Of a stretch of DNA of 64,000 bases, positions 57,901-64,000 are shown piece by piece. Below the pieces are notes generated by a model. It made no database searches, was not told the DNA's origin, and was given only the letters and a program-made list of their open reading frames with translations. Both the position numbers and the translations under genes were made by a program. Source of the DNA: an uncultured virus (IMG/VR IMGVR_UViG_3300034280_000588) (taxonomy: Duplodnaviria; Heunggongvirae; Uroviricota; Caudoviricetes); IMG/VR virus record IMGVR_UViG_3300034280_000588. One strand, 5' to 3'. Position 1 is the first letter of the stretch, and every line of letters begins with the position of its first letter.

Positions 57901-58028
57901 ACTGAGCTTAAACCTTTTTCGTATCTCTCAGTTTTTTTATCTATGACATATTTTAAAAAAGTAAAGTCTGGTGTAAATAACACCGGACTAAAACTTTGAT
58001 CTATGGATGTTTGAAATTGAAGAGGCAT
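54948..58028 (-). CDS. large putative virion cargo/ejection protein
   Basis: 1026 aa, helical, directly upstream of the RNAP as in crAss-like gene order. Confidence 0.6.
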   Translation of the reverse strand: MPLQFQTSIDQSFSPVLFTPDFTFLKYVIDKKTERYEKGLSSVSSSYSALRKQLTDPTNIERRNQYFKNADVQLQKLAGSDFSLQENVNAANSLFEPMITDKAFIYDAYYTAQNKKELEKMESWRNSDDLETRRKFNPQIYDWLKRDLDSLKTGNGNVSNYKVMGRKSWAYINPQEILTKAVKDYGFETFQDIDGGTYITGVKDGVKFKKNYRQFAQEVLLSDPLYTQQSNILGEATYEQLLDQGKAQEKDEKQTILEYATTSYDKYKNRRKEYISQIQGDLEKELKEIQAEKSVIDLSTPDGQQKNAELTSRAMALKQNLGQYNSLKQDYDNEFGGDKKSSEEKRLKYIKSFTENPKEIFSSQYREQDITSFSNIKSASEKITIKKNDAYFSALNSDIEIQKTFASILNAMRKTDISERGQDLKEDIFDWKKADQPITGKLEGTETVTNADGTTTTRAKKSPLTFSGMSASDISRPLNYISTLQSKLALKRADALNNLIGTNGGAVGILENMGVDRNYMPVIRDYFRNYEQATANEQKYTPTEKEKAALRDVYSSLFAFSKQTGNEAALNKLRQLHGVDPGKIDFHELLDLSLSGVGWNALQKPENLQQLMQWQDHKNDLQSMQQQAGMLKKAKDVVMKIAANNPEYRGLIENGQVITKENILKSLDRIPQVKVTGSRFFSDDVVALTPELKNLIAEGYLNGKTVVTIQPGTYQGKTGTWLPGKVTMKMGNNSYYYTLNTDYEKAAFPMNSSDFQAKLTKLYTQIPIDQNVSADSDFKANPIWDVTGDVKDNLVKTIDGPYQHTGIVFSGSGTTATVLDKPEEIDRIRTALKDPKNVTSLKVHSSSSLNNQGLALEVTLRDAKKDETKAEETHWGGTYTFPINLGAGRGIPEILQNFAVINDQNEYLKIRNAGAVHTMYDFTNLGIKVEILPNSTQSDDGKIYITAQKQDPTTGAYLNDNITTELPYNMSTMTYPELKNVIRMNYLVPYLSSRMNYNQQKQRSPAGLSTTDMGQLNNILSSIKIQ

Positions 58029-58080
58029 ATAATAGAATTTAAGAAAAAATCTAGAAAGTTTAAAATTAAACTTTAGAAGT

Positions 58081-61000
58081 TTATCTTAGAAAAGGATTGT
58101 GATAAGCATAGCCCCCATATGCATATGATAGTTGTTGATCTGCATCTGCAACAGGGATTCTTGTGTTATTTTTTGAAGGATTGTAAGGATAAGTAGTGGC
58201 ATAACCAGATCTTCTTCCTATCATATTATTCAGTATTGTTTGAGCGGCTCTATGCTTTTCTTCAGGAGTTCCTTCTATATTCTGAAGAATTTGATTATAG
58301 TTGTCTATATAAGCTTTTGCATTTTCAGGAGTGCTGCCACTAAGTTCTTGTCTTTTCATGGCTTCAAAAGCTGCTCTTCCACCATACGGATTAAACGTTA
58401 AAAGACCTGTTTTAGGATTAATAAAATAATAAGGACTTTCAGTGATGTTCATATTGTACAGTTTTGCAGCATTTGTCATACCTGTACCAAGGGCTTGTGT
58501 AAGAGCAGTATCTGCCAATCTTTTTTCTCTTCTGTACTTGTCATTAATATTCCACCTATTTTCCCTATTTGTATTAACTACATTTGCATTATAAGCTGCC
58601 GCATTATTCATAATGTTAGCTAAGTTTTCTTGATACCTGTTATATACACCAAGATTTCTTGTGTTAACTCCATTAATAATATTAGCTACATTTTCTCCAG
58701 TTTGTCCTTGTAAATAAGAAAGATTTGCAGCTAAACTTTGACCAGGAAGAGATTCTTGCAATGCTCTTGCTGCAGTATTAACACCCTGATAGACATTTTG
58801 AACTGCTCCTTTCCAATCTTCCAAAGTAACATCTGGAACATATGGAGTGGCTTTTACATAGTCAAATGGTTCTTTTTTAATACCACTTCTATTAAGTAGT
58901 GCGTTTAAAGCTGATAGCTTATCTTCAGGAAGCCACCCATAGGGAGGATTCATAAAAGGAACATTTGTTTGTACAGGAGATACTTTAGGGGCTTCTTCTT
59001 TTTTATCAGAAGGTTTTTCTTCGATTTTACCAGTTCCACCACCTGTAGGTGTAGTGCTAGGCTCATCTCCTGTATATACATATTCAGGTTCTGTTCCAGG
59101 GGTTGTTACAACTTTTCCTTTAGGATCATATAAATCCGTTGTATATGTTTTTCCATTCCAAACAAAAGTACCAAGACCTTGATTTCTAGCATTAGCAAAA
59201 GCTCTATTAAAACTTGAGCTCCCTCTGCTAGGCGCAGCACCTGCAGCAATTGTTTGAGATGTGCCAGCTACCCCTGGTTTTTCATAAAGATCTTTTATAG
59301 GAGTGGGATTGTAACCACCAGGGACACCAGATGCTCTAGGAAAAAACTTAGCTCTAATTTTTCTTTTATTGTAATCAAATTCTTTTTCAGGAGGAAACTG
59401 ACTATTCTGAGTGCCTTGATATTTAGGAAGACCACCATATCTCATTTCTTCTTGTGGCATTTCTTCTTGAGACTGTTGTTGAGGTTGAGGAGATTCTTGA
59501 CTCATGCCTCCTCCCATAATATTTTCAGCAACTTTGGGAATACCCTGAGGAAATCCTTTCATAGATTCTTGTACAACAGAAAGATAGGCAAGCTTTTCCT
59601 CATAGTTGTCTATCATTTTTTTAGCCGTGTTCTTACTTATATTGTCAGAATAAGGATCTTGAAGAACAGCTTTATATTTATTTACATCATACTTTTTAGC
59701 TATTTCAGCTGGAGTGTAACCTTTCTTAGAAGGAGACATTCCAAACATCTTGAGAACATTAGGATCTTTAATTATCATCTTCTTTGTATCAGAATAAATA
59801 AAGGTTCCTTCTGGTACATTAAGTGGTGTGCCACCTTGAGTGTGACGTTTGCCTCCAATCTTCATGTGCTCATTCATACCATCTCCATCCATATCTCCAT
59901 AAGCAGTTTCTCCTTTCTCAGCTTCTATGTTAGCTTCTTCTCTAGGAACTTCTTGTATTGTATTTGAAGCATTTTCATAAGTGTTGTCTGTCATCTTAGA
60001 GTAGGTGTTTCTTTGACCAAGGTCAAAACCATATCCAGATTGACCACCATATGCCATTTCTTGATTTGGAGTGCCAACAATTCTCACTCTACTCATAGAC
60101 GGTGTTTCTTCAGAATCAGGTGTTTCAAGGATGCGTATTTTCATATCTTCATCTGTTTCTCCCCCCTCTTCAGAAGCAGGAAGGTTGTTTTTTATTCTAA
60201 AATATTTATCTTGAGCTTTCTTAAGATATCCTCCCCAAGTTATTTCATTTCCATAATCCTCTCTTGGAATCTTATTTAGAACTCCAGTTTTACCCTTTAA
60301 GAAGTTATTTGTAAAAGTGGGATCATACCAAGCTCCAAATATTAAAGAACCATATTTAGGAAGCAAGTCATTAACTAATGATTTAGCAACCTGTCTTTCA
60401 AAATTTGGGTCAGTATTATAAGCATTTTCAAACTCATTCCAACTCATGGATTGTTTAAAGTGCTTATTAAATAAACCTTTACGAGTACCTTCTACAATAC
60501 CCCATCTTCCCATAGCAGTGGCTCTTTGACCTTCAGGACCAACAAGTTGGGTTCTTCCACCAGTTTTTGATTTTTCTGTAGCAGCTAATGTATCTAATAC
60601 AGCATCTGCATCCATTTGATTGGCATCTAATACAGTGATTTCAGAAGGATCAATTATAGTATTTCTATTATACTTTCTTCCTTTAGGGGCAAACTTGTGA
60701 GAACTTGCTTCAGAAGATACTGGACCAGAAGAATAAGACTGAGGAACAGGTGCTTTTTGTTGAACAACAGGCACATTAAAAAAATCAGCAGGAAGAGAAA
60801 TAGGTGTACTTGGTAAATAAAGATCCCCTGTTTGACGAGGAACCTGAAGACCATCTTCTGCATAACTTATTCTAGGATGGAATTGGTTAGTCATCTGACC
60901 TTGATTCACTGTATACTGAAGATCAGGATTTTGCCAACCCTCATTTACAGTCCACATCCCCTTGTTTCTTTTTTCAACAAGTTGATTATCGGGAAGCATG

Positions 61001-62082
61001 TCTCTTCTATACTTTAAATCAAATTGCCTATCAACGTCTTTATTATTAAAGAAATTAGAAGCAGTTTCTGCTAAATTAAGTCCTGCATTTAAAGCATAAT
61101 TATATGCTCCTAACTTTTGAACAAATGTTTTATTTTTAAAAGGAGAAGTTGTGTCAAAATTTATATTTGAAATCGGTTCAGGCATTCCATAAGTCCCTGT
61201 TATAGGATTTCTAATAAAACCTTCTCCTAAATCAGTTTTTACTTGAGGAGACGCAGGAATATTTGCTGAAGAAATCGGTTCACATTTTCCTGTAAAAGGA
61301 TTTTTTTGTTGACCATCTGGACAAGTTTTTCCTAAAGATTGTGAAACACCTTGCTGAAAAGCAGAATTCATACCTTTAAAAGTAGGAGACATTTCAGTAT
61401 TAAATGTGGGTTTTCCTGCTATACCAACAATACTATTTTGATATTGTGCTTTTGGCAACCCCTTTCCTGTTATGCGCACTCTAACAGCTTCAGGTTCACC
61501 ACCATATGCTTTTTGTTCAGATTTTCCTGGAGACACCCAATCAAGAAAAGGAACAACATTATTGTATCCTGCTTCATATAATCTTTGACCTCTATTATAT
61601 TGACCAAAAGGATTTAAAAAAAGTCCTGGGGTATGCAAACCAACTTTTTCTATACCTTTATTTAAAACTTTAGAAGGATAACGACCTGTTTTATCAACTG
61701 CCTGAAATACTTTTTTTCCAGCCAAATAAGGTACATCAATTAACTTAGCCCCCAAACCTTTAACACCTCCAATAACTTTTGGAGATTTTCCAATTTTTGT
61801 AATTTTTCCATAAATAGGAATTGAACCAAGAACATTCCAAGCAAGACCTAAAGTGTTTAATGCCTTATTTTTCCAACCAGGTTCATTTATTAATTTTCTA
61901 GCAGAAGAAGTTACATAAGGAAGATTTGATAAACCGGTGGGATCAAAAAAAGAAATTAAATCATCTACATCATCTGGTTCATGCATAGCAAATTTTGTTA
62001 TAGGCAAACCTAGGATAGGACCTGTGCCATAAAGTCCTTTTTGAGCTTTGGGAAGATCTTTACCTGTAATGCGTATCTTCAT
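58081..62082 (-). CDS. large putative virion cargo protein with lysozyme-like segment and YGG repeats
   Basis: 1333 aa; EAEKGET..GKRHTQGG module; LAATEKS..ATAMGRWGI; repeated xAYGG. Confidence 0.65.
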   Translation of the reverse strand: MKIRITGKDLPKAQKGLYGTGPILGLPITKFAMHEPDDVDDLISFFDPTGLSNLPYVTSSARKLINEPGWKNKALNTLGLAWNVLGSIPIYGKITKIGKSPKVIGGVKGLGAKLIDVPYLAGKKVFQAVDKTGRYPSKVLNKGIEKVGLHTPGLFLNPFGQYNRGQRLYEAGYNNVVPFLDWVSPGKSEQKAYGGEPEAVRVRITGKGLPKAQYQNSIVGIAGKPTFNTEMSPTFKGMNSAFQQGVSQSLGKTCPDGQQKNPFTGKCEPISSANIPASPQVKTDLGEGFIRNPITGTYGMPEPISNINFDTTSPFKNKTFVQKLGAYNYALNAGLNLAETASNFFNNKDVDRQFDLKYRRDMLPDNQLVEKRNKGMWTVNEGWQNPDLQYTVNQGQMTNQFHPRISYAEDGLQVPRQTGDLYLPSTPISLPADFFNVPVVQQKAPVPQSYSSGPVSSEASSHKFAPKGRKYNRNTIIDPSEITVLDANQMDADAVLDTLAATEKSKTGGRTQLVGPEGQRATAMGRWGIVEGTRKGLFNKHFKQSMSWNEFENAYNTDPNFERQVAKSLVNDLLPKYGSLIFGAWYDPTFTNNFLKGKTGVLNKIPREDYGNEITWGGYLKKAQDKYFRIKNNLPASEEGGETDEDMKIRILETPDSEETPSMSRVRIVGTPNQEMAYGGQSGYGFDLGQRNTYSKMTDNTYENASNTIQEVPREEANIEAEKGETAYGDMDGDGMNEHMKIGGKRHTQGGTPLNVPEGTFIYSDTKKMIIKDPNVLKMFGMSPSKKGYTPAEIAKKYDVNKYKAVLQDPYSDNISKNTAKKMIDNYEEKLAYLSVVQESMKGFPQGIPKVAENIMGGGMSQESPQPQQQSQEEMPQEEMRYGGLPKYQGTQNSQFPPEKEFDYNKRKIRAKFFPRASGVPGGYNPTPIKDLYEKPGVAGTSQTIAAGAAPSRGSSSFNRAFANARNQGLGTFVWNGKTYTTDLYDPKGKVVTTPGTEPEYVYTGDEPSTTPTGGGTGKIEEKPSDKKEEAPKVSPVQTNVPFMNPPYGWLPEDKLSALNALLNRSGIKKEPFDYVKATPYVPDVTLEDWKGAVQNVYQGVNTAARALQESLPGQSLAANLSYLQGQTGENVANIINGVNTRNLGVYNRYQENLANIMNNAAAYNANVVNTNRENRWNINDKYRREKRLADTALTQALGTGMTNAAKLYNMNITESPYYFINPKTGLLTFNPYGGRAAFEAMKRQELSGSTPENAKAYIDNYNQILQNIEGTPEEKHRAAQTILNNMIGRRSGYATTYPYNPSKNNTRIPVADADQQLSYAYGGYAYHNPFLR

Positions 62083-62089
62083 AAGTTTA

Positions 62090-63835
62090 TTAGATTACTT
62101 CAATTTTATAACCCATTTGCTTAAGTCTTTCCACTTCAGCTCTAGAAAGATCTCCTTCCCATCCCACTTCATAATCTTCAACTCCACCTCCTTCAGCATA
62201 TCCATACTGTGACATCATGTCTTCATTACCAGCAGCCTTAAACCTGCGCTCAGCTAACCACTGAGGCATTTGACCACCTTGCGCCATACCCATACCATAC
62301 ATTGCTTTATTGGGTCTATCTACAGGTTGATTAAACAGTCTTGGTATTTCAGAATGATAACCACCATATGCAAATTGACCATATTCAGGAATATATGTTC
62401 CTCCCCATTGACCACCATCATCAAACCTTAGTTTACTAAAAAGTTTTGCTGCTTTTCCTAATCCTTTAAGTTTTCCCAATTGTTGAAGAAGCTCACTTCC
62501 TTTAAAAGCTTCTTTTATTCTAGAGCCAAGGCCCAAAGCCTCTGCAGCTTCTGCAGCTTGAACAGGAATAGTAGAAGGAGCAATGGGCAGTGGTTTTCCC
62601 CAACGGGCAGCTGCCGCTCTTTGAGCATTAATAGATCTCATAGCTGCTTTTTCTTCTTCTACAGCTTGCAAAGCTGCCCTCGCATCTCTATCAGCAGATA
62701 AAGATTGTGCAAGACGTTCTTCTCCTGCAGCTTCTTGGAGCATTCTATTTGTTCTTACAACATTTTCAGCAGTGCCTGGTTTTGTAAAAGCCAATGCATT
62801 TGGAATCTCAGCTTGATCTAAAGCTTTTAATATATCTTTCTGACGTTTTGGTAATTTTTTATACCACTCTGAAGTAGTTTTAAGATCTTCAAGACTTTTA
62901 CCCTGCACTTCTTTCAGTAACTCTTTAAAACCTTTACTGTCTAAACCCATTTTTGTTGCCATTTCCAACATCCTATTATAGTTTAAACGAGAGCTGCCAG
63001 GCATCATCATACTTTTTAATCTTGCTAATTCTTGAGGACTTGTATTTTTTAAATATCTTTTTCCTAAAGCATAAGCTGCCCCTAAACCCCCTATTCCTGT
63101 ACCTGTTAACACTAAAGCAGAAGGATTTATTCCTCCTGAAGGACCTGTTTTTTTAGGGGTGGGTTTATTAGGAGAAGGTTTGGGAGTAGAAACAACATTA
63201 CCACTACTGTCTATAGAAACTGTAGGAATTGAATCAGGAGAAGAAACAATAGGTGAAGGTGTCACAACAGGAGGAACAGAAACAGGGGCAACAGAAGATG
63301 AGTCTGAAGAAACAACTGTTGGGGGAATTATAGCTCCAGATGTAGTTGAAACACTACTTTTATATTCTGATAAAAGATTTGGATTATTAGCAATACTGTT
63401 TATTAATTTTTTATTTTGTTGTGCAGTGCCTCTATAGTTACTAATACCTGCCGCTTGTGCAAGTTTTTTTCTAAAACTATATCCTGATTGTTTTCCTTGA
63501 GCACCTAAAAAATCAACAACACTAACTCCTTCATATGGATTTATACTAAAATTAGGAGGAGGAGGTGGTGGCGCAACAGTATATGATGCTTGTGTGTAAG
63601 GAGCAGCTGCCATTTGTTGTGCGGCTGCTTGTTGATAAGGATTAGATTGAGTGACTGGTAACTGACTTAACCAATAATCCATTGCTTCTTGCCAACTTTC
63701 ATAGTCGGGGTAGTCTTGTTCTTGGGGAGCACCATAACCACCACCATTTTGATACCAAAGTGGGCCTGAGTTTGTAGAACCTTGATAGTTGCCGCCATGT
63801 GCCATATAAGGCATGTAATCATAAAAACTGTACAT
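62090..63835 (-). CDS. low-complexity putative virion protein with DUF3597-like domain and one TM-like segment
   Basis: SVVDFL..RKKLA..GISNYRGTAQQN; P/S/T-rich linker; repeated xxxGG motifs. Confidence 0.6.
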   Translation of the reverse strand: MYSFYDYMPYMAHGGNYQGSTNSGPLWYQNGGGYGAPQEQDYPDYESWQEAMDYWLSQLPVTQSNPYQQAAAQQMAAAPYTQASYTVAPPPPPPNFSINPYEGVSVVDFLGAQGKQSGYSFRKKLAQAAGISNYRGTAQQNKKLINSIANNPNLLSEYKSSVSTTSGAIIPPTVVSSDSSSVAPVSVPPVVTPSPIVSSPDSIPTVSIDSSGNVVSTPKPSPNKPTPKKTGPSGGINPSALVLTGTGIGGLGAAYALGKRYLKNTSPQELARLKSMMMPGSSRLNYNRMLEMATKMGLDSKGFKELLKEVQGKSLEDLKTTSEWYKKLPKRQKDILKALDQAEIPNALAFTKPGTAENVVRTNRMLQEAAGEERLAQSLSADRDARAALQAVEEEKAAMRSINAQRAAAARWGKPLPIAPSTIPVQAAEAAEALGLGSRIKEAFKGSELLQQLGKLKGLGKAAKLFSKLRFDDGGQWGGTYIPEYGQFAYGGYHSEIPRLFNQPVDRPNKAMYGMGMAQGGQMPQWLAERRFKAAGNEDMMSQYGYAEGGGVEDYEVGWEGDLSRAEVERLKQMGYKIEVI

Positions 63836-63930
63836 AAGAATTAGTTTTATGTGCTTTTAGAGAAGCACTATTTGTAATATAATTTAAGCTTTTTTGTTAA
63901 CATTTTAAAATTTATTATTCATTTAAACTT

Positions 63931-63999
63931 TTAACGTTTAACTCCTCCTTTCTTATAATAATATTGTAAGAGTGGTCCTCCTTTTTCAGGAAGTTGTGG
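63931..63999 (-). CDS. 3' end of a gene that starts beyond the window (partial)
   Basis: Minus-strand frame ...PQLPEKGGPLLQYYYKKGGVKR-stop. Confidence 0.5.
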   Translation of the reverse strand, partial: PQLPEKGGPLLQYYYKKGGVKR

Positions 64000-64000
64000 T

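Noticed and set aside
59254..59967. 237-aa + strand ORF and the many other short antisense ORFs in the track
   Set aside because: They are shadows of long genes on the opposite strand, with F/S/I-rich composition and no motifs.
34962..63835. Stop-codon reassignment as in some crAss-like phages
   Set aside because: Giant ORFs are uninterrupted in the standard code, TAA and TGA terminate genes normally, and no suppressor tRNA is visible.
1..64000. Prophage or bacterial chromosome context
   Set aside because: No integrase, att site or host housekeeping operon; phage-like organisation spans the whole window.

Overview
This window is an AT-rich, gene-dense segment of a lytic tailed-phage genome. 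It is most consistent with a crAss-like (Crassvirales-type) phage of a Bacteroidota host. The main evidence is a 5129-aa protein carrying the GADFDIDK catalytic loop typical of crAss-like virion RNA polymerases, flanked by other giant putative ejection proteins, together with a family-B DNA polymerase, TAnnTTTG boxes and A-rich leaders lacking Shine-Dalgarno sequences. Layout: (1) 1-11.6 kb, mostly + strand accessory genes: two tRNA-like elements, a lone OmpR/PhoB-type winged helix, a cluster of uncharacterised genes, an SF2 helicase, UDG and a MoxR/VWA pair. (2) 11.7-21.1 kb, - strand: putative lysis genes with an M15 endolysin, a paralogous gene family and a 1653-aa signal-peptide beta-helix/SprB-repeat protein, headed by a ~118-nt structured RNA. 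(3) 21.3-35 kb, + strand replication and nucleotide metabolism: DnaA-domain-IV-like protein, DnaB, Sak4-like ATPase, primase, HNH, PD-(D/E)XK nuclease, PolB, dNMP kinase, SPL-like radical SAM and MazG. (4) 35-64 kb, - strand giant virion proteins. No terminase, portal, capsid, integrase, CRISPR or reverse transcriptase was recognised. All family assignments come from motifs recognised by eye; no database search was run. The best novelty candidates are the structured RNA ahead of the lysis genes, the tRNA-scaffold repeats, the recurring Phi-x-x-G-G motif in putative ejection proteins, the cassette-like inserts in the RNAP and the phage-borne secreted adhesin-like protein.
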